A DNA stretch of 61,052 bases, the filler included, from Sphacelaria rigidula (taxonomy: Eukaryota): assembly GCA_964200075.2 (NCBI GenBank). It is 6 parts of 6 records of this genome, joined end to end, with 100 filler letters (N's around TTAATTAATTAA, not from the genome) between each part and the next. Parts side by side here need not be neighbours in the genome. Positions count along the whole stretch, not along the records: positions 20,386 to 30,477 come from CAXNAA020007165.1; positions 30,578 to 40,669 come from CAXNAA020007166.1; 4 more parts are not named here. One strand, 5' to 3'. Each line of letters begins with the position of its first letter. The stretch's first letter is position 1. This document shows, piece by piece, positions 23,081-35,700 of the stretch. The notes under the pieces were generated by a model that was not told the origin of the DNA, did not search any database, and saw only the letters and a program-made list of their open reading frames with translations. The translations under genes were made by a program, and so were the position numbers.

Positions 23081-24017
23081 CACACATACGAGGAGGAGCA
23101 GTGTACAGTAGCGTCTCTTCTACCCAACAGCTGTGTACGCTTGGGAGTAGGGCTGAATCAGCCGGTGCCAATTCTGCTGCCGCCACTGCTGCTGCTCTTT
23201 TGCGAGAGATAGTCCGCGTTTCGACCCTGCGACAATACACATGCACCTTGCGCGTAATTACCGCCCTGCTAGGAATGCCTGGCCCGTGCCACCCGCCGCC
23301 GGGTCCATGCTTGCTCACTCGGAGAAGAGCTGGGAGATAGGAGCTGTACGTTCCTCTCTATGGGAAATGTACCTGTACACGTCGGGTATAGGTTCCACCC
23401 ATATGACTACTTCTGATGATGAGAAAGCCAGCTGTGCACCCCATGAAGAGCCGCACAGCACACTCGTGCATTCTCATTGGCTGGTTCCTCCGTGGCTGCC
23501 ATAGGAAAGGAACATCGGCCATCAACCAATCAGAAGGACTGAAATCCCAAAAACTTGTGTTTCCGTTTTATTGTTTCAATAAGACGTCTTTCTCGGCTAC
23601 GCGAAGAACAACCAAACACACTAACTAGGTAGCCATGCACCAAGGTGTTTCCTCTGAGGATGTATCTTCTTTCCCATAATATCATGCCTCAGCCTACTTC
23701 CCTCACGTCTATACTGTTAACATCTACGTGTACTTGAAATGATGATATATGATATACGTACGACCTCGTCGAAGGAAACAAAACCATGCGGCGTGAAACG
23801 TTACGGTTGGTCGAACGGGAACACACGTACCGAATAATCGTGCCGCAATTGCCCCTCTCGAGCCGTAAGTAAGGACACAGCCGCATGCCAGCGACGGGTG
23901 CAGCAGACCATACTCTCGTGCGCACCATCGCACTCTGAATCACTGGTCGCCAATATATCTCGCTGACGGGGCAATCCTCCCATCGGCTTTTCAGTCGATC
24001 TCCCGCCTTCCTGAAGG

Positions 24018-24190
24018 ATGTCGAGCAGAAGCAGGCTGCGTTTATCGGCAGGCGTCACGAATGTGGGAGGTGCGGCTGCGGCTGCAGCTGCGGCTGGGGC
24101 TTCGCAGCAGCAGCAGCACCAACAACAGCAACAACAGCAAAAGCGCCCAGGGGTAGAATCGGCGCAGCTGACGGCTAGGCTAAGCAAAAG
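24018..24190 (+). CDS. Probable first coding exon of a host gene with poly-Ala/poly-Gln tract
   Basis: ATG at 24018 encodes MSSRSRLRLSAGVTNVGGAAAAAAAAGASQQQQHQQQQQQQKRPGVESAQLTARLSK and ends at donor AAG|GTAATC. CCAAT-type motifs lie upstream near 23477 and 23526. Confidence 0.45.
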
Positions 24191-25132
24191 GTAATCTGAA
24201 GTACGCTGCATGTGAAGCGTGGCGCCATTTTATCATGACCTGCCCAGGGAGGCTATGAAGAAACGTGCGGTGAAACTCTGTGGCATACAACTATACTCTC
24301 ACCGCCCTAATTCGCCCGTTTTTCATTTACCAGCCTCATACCGTAAGGTCTAGTCCTCGTGTCCACTCCTTGTGTGACGATGTATCATGCATTTGGGGAG
24401 TCAAAAAGAGCTCTGCACCGGGCCACGGGCCATCATTTTGTCAAGTGGGGTCCACGCGAACGACCACGGGAACAGAGCATATCACCGTCCACGACGGGTC
24501 TTATTAAAAAAACATAACAGTCAATTTTCGCTCGAAGTGTTGCATGTCTATCCGATCCTGATACCACGCTTTGCTCATAGTTAGTTGTGACGTTGTCGAT
24601 TTAGACTCAAAAACAGACGCCATTTGGCTAAGGCGTAAACCCTTTGGACCTGGGACCTGGGGCCCTCGTAACGCTGGGTGAAAGTAGTGTTTGGGACTGT
24701 TGAACTAGTTTGTGCGGCGGGTGCTAAACCGATCGCATCGACAAAGGGCGAGAAACCAAGCGGCTAGCAACCAAACTCTAGCGTGCTTTTCTCGGGAAAG
24801 GGTGTCGAGATACCCTTTGATAACTAGGTTGGATGGCGTCAACACGTTCCGAACAATGTCTTGAGAACTAGGCTGTCCTCGATAGGAAAGTCGTCTTGAT
24901 TTGTGCTTGGAATCAAGAAGCATTCTTACACTATACTTCATGCTAATGTTGAACTCAACCAAGGAACCCCCAATCCTATCCGGCTTAGCTTTCGACACTC
25001 ACCCCTGCCAGATGTACATACCACACAAACAACGGTAACACCACCAAAAAACGTGGAAGGTGGAAGAGGCGACGCGCATGCTCGCCTGCATGACGCGGCA
25101 ATGACAGACTCCATCAGTTCTGTGCAACCCCT

Positions 25133-25379
25133 TGTGACGAAAATACGCCGTTACGTTGAGTTGGTAGTGATGATCTCGATAATGACCGTTGGTAGTGATG
25201 ATCTGGATAACGATTGGGGACACTAGGTTGATACCCTGGCGTGTCTAGGTGGGTGCCTTGGAACGGCACTCCATGATAATGATATGTTGTGAAGGCTGAC
25301 AACTGAAACTGAGGCCAGTAAGACTGGGGAGTCCCTCAACAGCAGTGATCCACCAGTCCTTCTTCTGGCTGGCGTCACA
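25133..25379 (+). repeat. 5' LTR (247 bp)
   Basis: Direct repeat of 29446-29720, with 7-bp terminal inverted repeat TGTGACG/CGTCACA and two copies of a 28-bp unit. Confidence 0.92.
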
Positions 25380-25716
25380 ATATCAATATTAGAGCTAGTA
25401 TTAGTGCTAGAAATAGCACCTAGCAAAACCTACTGGAGAGAATTTCGGTGGAGGAGTCTGGGAGCTGTGGAAACCTGAAAAATCACGGACGCGTGGAGAG
25501 GGTTCCAGCTGAGGAAGCTGCAGAAAGGCGGCTGGCTTGTGATTGATCCAGACCGGAGACTTGCTGAAGCTGCGTGCAGCGGGAGTTTGGAGGCTGCTAC
25601 GACTGTGTGGTGCGGCGGCGAAGCGAGGAAGTGTGCAATTCGCGAAAGTCTGCTGGCCTGTGAAAAGTTCGCAGGTAGCCGGTTCCAGCTATGACGACCG
25701 GTGAGGTACGTCCAGC

Positions 25717-26217
25717 GTGACGCCCGTGGTCATGCGGGAAGAGTTGCGACCTCCCCGATACGGGGATAGGTACTCAGAGAGGGCATCTCGCACTTTTTAT
25801 ACCAAGTATTTGGAGTACAAGAAGCGTGTGAAGCATGCTAACGCAGGGGGCGCAGTGCGACACCAGGTAGTGTCGATTGCTCAACTAGTACCGACGTATG
25901 TGCAAAGAGTGTTTGCGCGTCTGGAAGATAAAACGAGCACCATCACCCCGCCGCAATTGCTTGCGGCGATAAAAAAGCATACTGGGCATGCGGCGGGCAC
26001 TTGCCACTGTTGTGGCCAGGTCGGCCATTCCGCGCACGATTGCCCAACGTCTTCCTGTGGAGAGTCTGGGCAGTCTCATGACGCGCGCCATCAGCATCGT
26101 CAGCACAAGAGCATAAGACGAGGTAATCAGGGTGGTGGCGGTGGTGGCGGTGGCGGATCCTCCAGCGATGGAGGGTCGCAGTCGATTCCTCAGCAGCAGC
26201 AGCAGCAGCAGCAGTAG
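25717..26217 (+). pseudogene. gag: gag remnant with CCHC zinc knuckle
   Basis: CHCCGQVGHSAHDC (CX2CX4HX4C) at 26002-26043. Frame broken at the (CAG)n tract. Confidence 0.75.
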
Positions 26218-26292
26218 CAGGGGCAGCAGCGTCAGCATGGGTCTGGTTCTGGATCCGGCGCCGCTGTAGGTGCTACTGCTCCGCAACGGGCG

Positions 26293-29200
26293 GTGCAGGT
26301 GGGGCCGACGTCTACAGTGTCGAACACTGCGCTTGCGCCGATGGCGGCGCCGGTGGCGACACCGGCAGCAGCGCCAGGCGCGACGCCTACTGACGCGCTG
26401 GTTGGAGGTTCACCAAATTCTTGGTCTGCTGTCTGGGATTCATACCCGCCGGCGTTGCCGTTTGAACCTGCCGGGGCGTCTTCGCCTGCGCAGCTCGCGC
26501 AGCCGTGGTGTCAAGGGGGATTAGCGGCGCATCGGTCGGCGAATGAAGTGCAAGTGGAGTCTGCACACATCTACGTTCCTGCGGAGCTGTGTCTCCCAGA
26601 TCAACGGGAGCGTGGAGCCATTGCGGTTCGGGCTGAGTGGGATTCAGGCGCCCACTTGACTGGTCATGTGAGTCTGTCGGTACAGATTGTAGATATGTTG
26701 GAGCGTCTTCTCCCGGGTGTGCCGTTGCGCATCCCGTTTTCGCTCGGGGCGCGGCAGGCCGTCACCACGTCGGGTTAGCATGTTTACGTCACAGAGCGTA
26801 CTGTTCCACTGCAGCGGGCTTTGACGACTTCCTGGGGGCCGGCGCAGTTGCCTTCGATCTCGTTTACGATCTTGCCGGGGTCGGATGGCGTCATTCTTAT
26901 GGGATGGCCGACGCTTCAGGATCTTGGAGTCGACGCTCGGCGGTTGTGGGACTCCATGAAGATGCGGATGTCTCCGCTTGGTCCACGCTTGGTCCACGCT
27001 TTGGGACGCCCGCCTTTTTGGGGAGTCGTCGCGTGAGCTCGTCGGCGGATGCTTTTCAGGAGGCTGGGGAGCAGGTGACCGAGGAGCGGGATGCGGCGGT
27101 AAAACGCTTGGTAGAGCGCGGCCCGGAGATGTTTAAGGTTCCGGCGGAAGAGTAGTCTGCTTGGAAGGTCGCGCTGGAGGAGAGCGTGACGGACGCTGTG
27201 GCGAAAGGCCTCAGCGTTTCAAAAAAGGAGATGTTGATGGTTCCGGCGGAAGAGGAGTCCGCTCGGAGGGTCGCGCTGGAGGAGAGCGTGACGGATGCTG
27301 TGGCGGAAGGCTTCAGCGTTTCAAGAGCGGAGCACCTGCGTGGCATATTGCATCGCCGCGTCAACGCGTTTCGTCGTGCGCTGCGGGGTGATCCCCATGC
27401 GCGCATGGAGCCCATGCGTGTTCAGCTAAATCCTGGGGCGTCCGCGACGAAGACGAAGCCGCGGTGGTACGATCCAGTGAAGCCAAGTTAGTTGGCGTTG
27501 TGCATGGCGTCTCTTTTGGCGCTCGGGTTGGTATTACGGAATTTGCAGGCGGGGTGGTCCAGTCCAGATATGGCGTTTTCAAAGAAGGCTGCATCGTGGA
27601 CGGAGGGCAGGCTGCAGGCGTAGGCAGCAGCGAAGGATCTGGTGGCTCATGCCGTGACGCTGTTCCATCCTCGTCCTGATTGTCAGGTGTTAATGTTTTC
27701 GGATGCATCTGAGTGCCATCGAGGTAGTTTGGTTATGCAGGTGCCTACAGTTGAAATGTGAAAGCCTGTGCGCGCTGTGGTTGTGTATGGTCCGTGTGAA
27801 CCTGATTACTCGATGCCGTCCAAATATGTCGTCCGCCAAGCGCAACAAAAAGACCTTGGGGCCACAGATGCGGATGTGCAATCTTTCGAGTCGGACGTTG
27901 GTACTGCTATCTGGGACAATGAAGATCTGTTTCGTGTGCACGTGCGTGGCCGAAACGGTTCATGGATTCCAAGTTCTGACAAGCGGTTGCAGGTACGTCT
28001 AATGATTTGCGCGCACATGCGCGACGTCGGGCATCGTGGTGTGGCCGCGACGCTCGTGCGCTTGCAAGACTTTTGTGTCTGGCAGAGGATATACACTCAT
28101 GTGCGCGAATTTGTCCGGCAGTGTCTTCACTGAGCTGACTCGAGGGCGGGCGATGTTATTCCCCGCCCGCTCGATGAAACGACCCATGGGACCACGCCGA
28201 ATGAAGTCGTTCATTTCGACTTGTTGTACGTGGGCGAGGGTGGCCCGCTAGTTTCCCAAGGTTTGTCGGAGGATGCTGGGTTTCGATACATTTTGGTAAT
28301 CATGGATGATTTGAGCAACTTTGCGGCTCTGGAACCAGTAGCAGTGTGTACTGCTGAATCGACTGCTGCATCTTTGCTAAATTAGTGCAAAACTTTGGGG
28401 GTGGCGCGTGTGTGGGTGAAAGATACCGCCACGCATTTCAAGAATGCGGTTTTGGTCCGATTGCGAGAGGCTTTGCACGTTGATCACCAGTTTGCGGTGG
28501 CGTATTCTCCGTGGTCTAACGGTACGTGCGAACGCATGGCCAAGGAAGTAGGTCGTGCTCTTCGCTCTTTTCTTCTCGAGCAGCGTAGAGCGGTTTTTGA
28601 GTGGGTGGACGTGTTGACTGCGGTGCAATGGGAGCTCAATACAGCATGTCGTCGTCGTTACAATAGTACGCCGTACCACATGATGTCTGGTCGTGCTCCT
28701 CGGACATCTTTCTCGGTGCTGGCGTCTTCGTCGGCGGGTGAATGGAAGTGTGATGGTTTGGACGAGGTTCAAATTAAGAGTGCTTTGCAAGGAGTCTTGG
28801 ATTTGCAAGAAAGTTTTCACGTTCAAATCCAGGAACGTGTTGCCGCTGAACGTGCGCGTAGGCGTCAGAGGTTCTCGTCGGGGCTGGAACTGCCGAATTT
28901 CGAGGTAGGCGACTATGTCTTGTATGCACGCGTGCGTCGTCCGGGTGTTACGCCCAAGTTGATGGCGACGTGGACTGGTCCATGGAGAGTGGCTGGTGCT
29001 CACCACCCGCACGTGTTTGAGGTTCAGAACATTGTTTCGGGTCGTGTTCAGATTGCTTATGTAGATCGTTTGTGTTTTTATGCAGACTCGCAGCTGAATG
29101 TTACGGCTGACGTTGAGGACGTGTTCCAGTATGCTTTCAACCAGGGGCAATTTCAGATGGCTGGTATTGTCCGAGTGGTAGAAGCAGACGATTGTAAGTT

Positions 29201-29370
29201 GATCGTGTTGGTCGGCTGGGCTGTTTTCGAATTTGAGGAGCGTACGTCGGGGCCTTTTAAAAAATATTTTTGAGGCCGCTCCTAAGTTTATTACGAAGGA
29301 ATTGCGTAAATTGCACGTGACTCGTGCCGTTGCTGCTCGCATTACGAGTGAGTTTGGTATTCAGTTGTGA
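26293..29370 (+). pseudogene. pol: pol remnant: protease, RT/RNase H stubs, integrase
   Basis: WDSGA protease motif (26641), FSDAS RNase H start (~27697), integrase zinc finger HMRDVGHRG...CLH* (28013-28133), core HFDLLY / KDTATHF / SNGTCER, and WTGPW. Multiple stops; no YxDD RT core. Confidence 0.85.
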
Positions 29371-29445
29371 CTCACTCATCTTTTTGGCATTTGTTTATGT
29401 GTCAAGCTTGTTGATCAATTTTCGTCCAACGCGCTTTGGGGGTGC

Positions 29446-29720
29446 TGTGACGAAATAACGCCGTTACGTTGAGTTGGTAGTGATGATATGGATAATGACC
29501 GTTGGTAGTGATGATCTCGATAATGACTATTGATAGTGATGACCTGGAGAATGACCGGGGACACTAGCTTGATACCCTGGCGTGTCTAGGTGGATGCCTT
29601 GGAACGGCACTCCATGATAATGATATGTTGTGGAAGCTGACAACTGAAACTGAGGCCAGTAAGACTGGGGAGTCCCTCAATAGCAGTGATCCACCAGTCC
29701 TTCTTCTGGCTGGCGTCACA
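29446..29720 (+). repeat. 3' LTR (275 bp)
   Basis: Matches the 5' LTR but has three copies of the 28-bp unit GTTGGTAGTGATGATCTCGATAATGACC. Confidence 0.92.
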
Positions 29721-30432
29721 TACTCTAGCTACGATAGGCAGCAGGGTGATTGGGGGCATAAGCCGCCGGCGACTACCGTACACAAACTGGTCATCATCGA
29801 TTCCGCAGATAGAAATATTCGCGCTAAATCGCTTGACGATAATTGTACAGCACTACCAAAAATCTGCAAGGATGATTGTCTACTCGATTTCACAGAGATT
29901 TTCGGCTCACCTGGTACGTGCTTGCCGGTAAGCTATATCTGTGATTTTTTGTCCCCTTTGCAAACTGTACTGTGCGGTGTTTGTACCGTGCACAATACAG
30001 CACTTGTTGTGTAATCTTGAGTCGGCGTGCGTTATTGTGGTGTATTTTTGCACACACTAAGGCAAGGGAAACATGGTTACAGTAAGGTCCACATTTGCAG
30101 CAAATAATCAATTGACCAACCAACCAATCAGCATGGGGGTCACGAAATGATGATGTGATCCTCATGGTCACAAGGTTATTTCCGTTTTGTTGCTGCTGTT
30201 GCTCCCATACCCCAATGTGATTATGTGATTAGAGGCGGTACGATGCGTGCCTCGGCGTCAACTCCAGCCTTGGCACAAGCTTCCAAGCCACCGCGTGGCG
30301 AGAGTAGCGACCGGCAACGGTTCAACCGGCAGGTGCGACAGGCACAGCACGCTTACGTTGCGGTATGGAAATACTGAACAAACACGTCTCCCTTACTTTC
30401 CATTCTGCCCAGCCCTCGCCCCACCCTCCCCT

Positions 30433-30477
<45 letters not shown>

Positions 30478-30578
30478 NNNNNNNNNNNNNNNNNNNNNNN
30501 NNNNNNNNNNNNNNNNNNNNNTTAATTAATTAANNNNNNNNNNNNNNNNNNNNNNNNNNNNNNNNNNNNNNNNNNNNC

Positions 30579-30592
30579 ATAATAATAATAAT

Positions 30593-30636
<44 letters not shown>

Positions 30637-30652
30637 TAATAATAATAGTAAT
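30579..30652 (+). repeat. (AAT)n microsatellite at contig start
   Basis: About 24 imperfect AAT units. Confidence 0.9.
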
Positions 30653-30653
30653 A

Positions 30654-31180
30654 GACCCTTTTTACAATAGCCCCCTCCCAAAACAGCCCAAAAAATGCAT
30701 CAAAGAATTGCCCATGTTGTGCGTCGAGCTGGTGGTGTAGAATTGCACGAACCACGGCAATCCTGAACATGTGGGCGTGATAGCTGGTTCAGGACTGCAA
30801 GACGCGTCCTCAACCAGCGATGCTAAGCGCGACACTTCCCGTCTACTCGGTGCGCGCGTCTTTTCTTACTTCCACACATTTTATGCCGTCCGATAGCTGG
30901 CGATTCGTCATGCGGGCGATGGTGGAGCCGGAAGCACCCAGCCCCCCTCCTGGACAGAAGCATGTTCGAGATTCTGAGGCACTTGCGTGATACAGCGCCT
31001 GATGTTTGGTTTCAGCCTGCATGAAGCGCCTCATAGAGACTCACTTGGCAACACCGAACCCGGGCCTCGACGGGAACTCCCGGCCTCTAATTATGCTCGG
31101 CTTCCTACATTTCGATTCACGTGTAGATTTTTCACCCACCAATCAGCCCATTTTTTTCGGGGGGCTATCGTAAAACGTTC
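30654..31180. mobile_element. TA-flanked MITE
   Basis: TA|GACCCTTTTTACAATAGCCCCC ... GGGGGCTATCGTAAAACGTTC|TA. Confidence 0.5.
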
Positions 31181-31685
31181 TAAGGAACGACGGTATTATC
31201 CTTAACCCACATTAGTAAGTTCATCAACGACCACAGAAATTGCAACGGAGAAGTAATGCTTAAATATATTCGTAGGAGACAAACCACAATCTCGAAGTCG
31301 CCATGGAAGGACGCCAACCCCTGAACACCTTTCCGTCAACCGATGCAGGGCTCCACGTATCCATACCATGCTAATGAGGACACAAGAGACGATGGGGAAG
31401 GACCCCCACGGGTGATCAATCTACGTACACAATGAAATCAATCACAACAAGGAGATACCTATTCAAGCCGAGTGGGGGGGGGAAATGTCGCCTTGCCTCG
31501 TTTGTCTTCGAGTATTACCTTGTTAGGAATACGATACAACTGCGCAGGTGATATGACCAGACGCGACGTCATGCGGCGCTACGGTCGCCAGCAAACTCGT
31601 CGGCGGAGACAAAAACACCCGCGCGTCTGTCTCGAGACATTCACGAACAGAACATGCATCCCTTCCCGCTACTTTAGCGGCATCA

Positions 31686-31910
31686 TCAGCTTCTACTGCT
31701 CAGTAGTCCGCCCGGAACCGCCCCGAGTCGTGCGCGTGTTTCCAGGTCTGCTTTGGTGCTCCTCCACTTCCTTGCAGATTGAGCGGTCTTGGGAAATGTC
31801 TTCCTTCCATCTCGAACCAAGCCAAGTAGGGATCCATCCCCTTGTCTGGGGGAAATATATATACCGACTCGATAGCTCGTGGTCGAATTCCGAAGGGGAC
31901 AGCTTCGATG
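31686..31910 (-). pseudogene. hAT transposase C-terminal remnant (frameshifted)
   Basis: Across frames: EFDHELSSRYI / DKGMDPYLAWFEMEGRHFP / KTAQSARKWRST, resembling ELxxYL...DPLxWW...FPxLAxxARxYL. Confidence 0.45.
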
Positions 31911-33579
31911 CACCCGTTTTATTTCGCGGTATGGTCCAGTATGGGGCGAAGACATGTGCCGTCTGGAAGCCGTGTTTACCCTTCTGGATGGATTGGTTCA
32001 CTCGGAGGCTGCGGGTCACCGGATGTCCGCGCCTCTTCTCAGGTTCGTCGTCATCACCTTCCTTATGCAGACCCCAAACAAGTCCCTTCCACACGTCGGT
32101 TTATTTATGTGGGATGCGATTATGACACATCTGCGTCTGAACGTCCCATAGAGCAGCCTGAATCTTCACCTGAACACTGCAGGACATTTTCCGGGACGCC
32201 GACGGAGAGCACTTACAATTTAGGTTCACGGCTGTTGGCGACCAGAGGTAATAATTTGAAACACAGAAATTCGCTTGTGGATACCCGCGCGCACATTTCG
32301 CGCACGACATTATCCCGGTTTCACAAACCAGATATGTGCCCAGTTACCTTACGATTGCCGGTAGTCCGGCCACCGCCATTCATGGAAAAGCGAGCGGTGA
32401 CGTCACTCACGGGTTTCGAGTGGAACGGGTGATGCAACTGTGTACGGCCGCAGCGAGAATTTCTACTTTAGCCCCCCCCCCAACGACACCGCCCCACGTT
32501 TTCACGAAACAATTGGTCACAAAACGCCTGGTCTCTGCCGACATTGTCGGGTACTAACCCTAGCGTGTGAATTCCTTCTTTGTCACTCTTTTCGGTGTTT
32601 TTTCGTTTACCTTCACGTGCACATTTTCCTTCCAAAACCAGCCGCTCTGGGGAGTGGGAGCTATCGTACAGAGTGTCGAAAGTGTGGATACCCGCTCATA
32701 TCCCATACGCGATGTGATCCTGGTTTCACAAACCAGATATGTGTCTCGTTATTTCACGGTTGCCGATTTTCTGGCCATCACCAAATAAAAACAAAAGGGG
32801 GCGGTAAAGCTGTTTCCCTTTTCTATATAATAAACGGGTGACGCTGGTTCGACGATTGGACTACTCAGTAATGACGCACACTGTGTCATATGCTGATATT
32901 TGAGGAGGATCGGCGGGGTCTTGAGGGTTGGGCGTGCCGTTGGAGAAACGCTGTATGGTGGGACTCACTGCACTGTCGTCGCCGTCGGTCTCCAGCGTGG
33001 CTGGGTTGAGAGTCCATCGAGACGAAGCGCGGGCAGTGAGATCATCGGCCCTATCGTCCGCATCTCCGTCGGGAGACGGATCAGAATCTGAAAAAGACGT
33101 ACGACTGTCATCTGATGAATAGACGCGATCACTTTTGCGTGTTTTGCCATTCGAGGCGTTGATGCTGCCCCCACAGGGGCTACTAGCGGGGCTCACGGAA
33201 ATGAAGGAACCTTCAAAGCCCGAGTCTCAGATGGAAGCGGGGGCTTGTCGACGCGCTCTGTTGGCGCCATGGCCTCCTGATCCGTCCCCGTCTCCCTTCT
33301 TCCTCTTGGTTGGACGTGCATCGGCGCATTATATGTCCCGCCAGCGGTATCTCCGCCTGTGACGTCGTGGCCGTGGGCACGAGCACGACCGGTGTTCACC
33401 ACTCCGCGTCCCAAGTCACTGCAGACATGCTGTATGTGTAAATATGGGCATGTGCGGCGTCTCTCTCGTGAAACAGGGAGAATAACACCGTCGCGCTGAC
33501 GATCGGAACGGTGGTAACATAAGCTTGTGCCACGGGGGAGTTCTTGATAACAGTTTTGAAGGTGTGATATCGCCGGCCG

Positions 33580-35660
33580 GTTTAACTATGCCGGTTTGTG
33601 CGCGCCCACGCTCGCGCTATACAAACGTATGAACCCCATTTGAGAAAATGGCGCATTTCTCTTCTGTACCTAACACCAGTGCTGCTGTTGTAAGTAAATC
33701 TGCAGGAGATGAGAGCATCGTTGGCGCCCGTATATCCGCCTCGATTCGCGGGATTCATAACGCCTTTTGAGTGGTTTTGTGAAGCGGCTGTCAGCCCATG
33801 ACACAATTGAGATTGCTTTCTAGGTTTGCTGTAAAGGTGGGGCCGCGATATGTCACGAGCGTTCGCGCGGGTGTATGCATCCCGGCTCATGGCCTTCGCC
33901 ATGTGTTTTGCTTGGTTTCATAAACAGGCGATTACTATACGACGTGCAGGGCATAACATATATATTTCTAGGCAAGTGGTAAGCCGACCGCAGAAATATG
34001 GTCAGCGTCAGCGTGACCACTTTTATTCCCGTTACAGGTCGCGAGTATGTGCATTGATTTGTTTCATGAATTGGCGCTCATACGACGATGCGCTGGAAAT
34101 AGCTCACTGTTTTCTACGTGATGTGTTGATGAATCCGCTGAATGTCGGCAGTGGGCGCACGATGTTGTTCGCATCGATTTATGGCAGAGTGCAAACGTTT
34201 AGAGCTGGTTTCATAAACCGGTTGTTACTCTGCAATGCCCGGGGATTCGGTTATGTCTCCGGGTGTGCCGTAGGTTAGGCCCCGCGATATGTCGCGAGCG
34301 TCTCTGCGTGAGTGTATATGCACCCCCGTTCGTGGCCATCCTGGTCCAGTCCGAAAGGTTTCATACACCGGTTAACATTTCACGACGTGCAAGATGTTTT
34401 GTTTCTCTTGCGACGTATGTTGTACGTAGACGAGGGAAATATGGTCATCGTTCGGGCGACAGCATGCATACTGGATACTGGCCGCTAGTGTGTGTACTGG
34501 CTGCTGTCATGAATCATCGGTTGTTCTTCGGTAATGCGTAAAGCCAGTGTCATTTCTATCATTTTCATTTTATGTACATTCGCGGGATATGGGTAGCGTG
34601 CGCGCGAGTGTATTCTTGTGCGGGTTGATGGAAAAGTGAACTAGTAACGGCGGGTGTCATAAACCGGCTGTTACTCTGTGAAGCCTCGTCGCGAGCGTTC
34701 GTGTGGGTGCATACATTCCAGCTCATGGCCTTCGTCATGTCTATTGTTTGATTCTATAAACCAGTGGACAATCTACGACGTGAAGGACTCAATATATATC
34801 TTTCTGGGCACATTGTACGCCGACTGCAGAAAGGTGGTCGGCGTTCGCGTGACCACTTTTATTCCCGTTATAGGTCGCGAGTATGTGCACTGGTTTGTTT
34901 CGTGACTTGGCGCTCATACGACGATGCGCTGGAAATGGCTCATTATTTTCCACGTGAAGTGTTGATGAATCCGCTAAATATGGGCAGCGGGCGCACGATA
35001 TTGCTTGCGTGGATTTATGGCAGAGTGCATACTTATATCACTGGTTTCATAAACTAGTTGTTACTCGCGATGCCCGGCAATTCGGTCATGTCTTCGGGTG
35101 TGCTGTAGGTTGGGCTGCGATATATCGTGAGCGTCTACGTGAGTGTTTGCGTTCCCGTTCATGTCCATCCTGATCTTTACTTGAGGGTTTCATACACCGG
35201 TTGATTTTCCACGACGCACAGGAGATCCTCTTTATCTTGCGAGGTATGTTGTACGTTGACCGGAGAGATGCGGTGAGCGTTTGGGCGACAGCATGCATCC
35301 TGGATAGTGACCGCTAAAACGTGAACTGCTTGCTTTCATGAATCATCGGTTATTATTCGCTGATGGGCAAGAAAGTTGTCATTGTTTTATCAAAATCGAT
35401 TTTATGTAATTCCGCGGGATATCGGTAGCGTGCGCGCGTGTGTATTTGTGTCGGTTGATGGCAGTCAACGTGTCTGAAGCTGGTTTCAAAAACAAGCTGT
35501 TACTCTGTGAAGCCTGGCAAGTCGTTCGCGTGTACAATTCTATTCCGAGGAAAGCCGCGGATTGTCGCGAGCGCGCGAGATTGTATGCGCCCCGGTTCAT
35601 GGCAGGCTTCTCGTGTATTACGTGGTTTTCACCTGTGCTCTTGCAGGGGGTTGGTGTCTC
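33580..35660. repeat. Complex tandem duplication (period ~836 bp) built of shorter subunits
   Basis: 34012-34163 recurs at 34848-34999. Motif GGTTTCATAAACC and variants occur at least 8 times. Confidence 0.75.
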
Positions 35661-35700
35661 AAATCACATTTGTTGAGTCATTATATGTGTTCCATCGTTA

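Larger units (their letters stand above)
25133..29720 (+). mobile_element. Ty3/Gypsy LTR retrotransposon, internally deleted and degenerate
   Basis: Two LTRs (TGTGACG...CGTCACA) flank gag, protease, RT/RNase H stubs and integrase. G-rich PPT-like tract before the 3' LTR. Confidence 0.92.

Noticed and set aside
23801..24211. Cys-rich 136-aa minus-strand ORF
   Set aside because: Antisense shadow of the plus-strand CAG/CAA polyQ tract.
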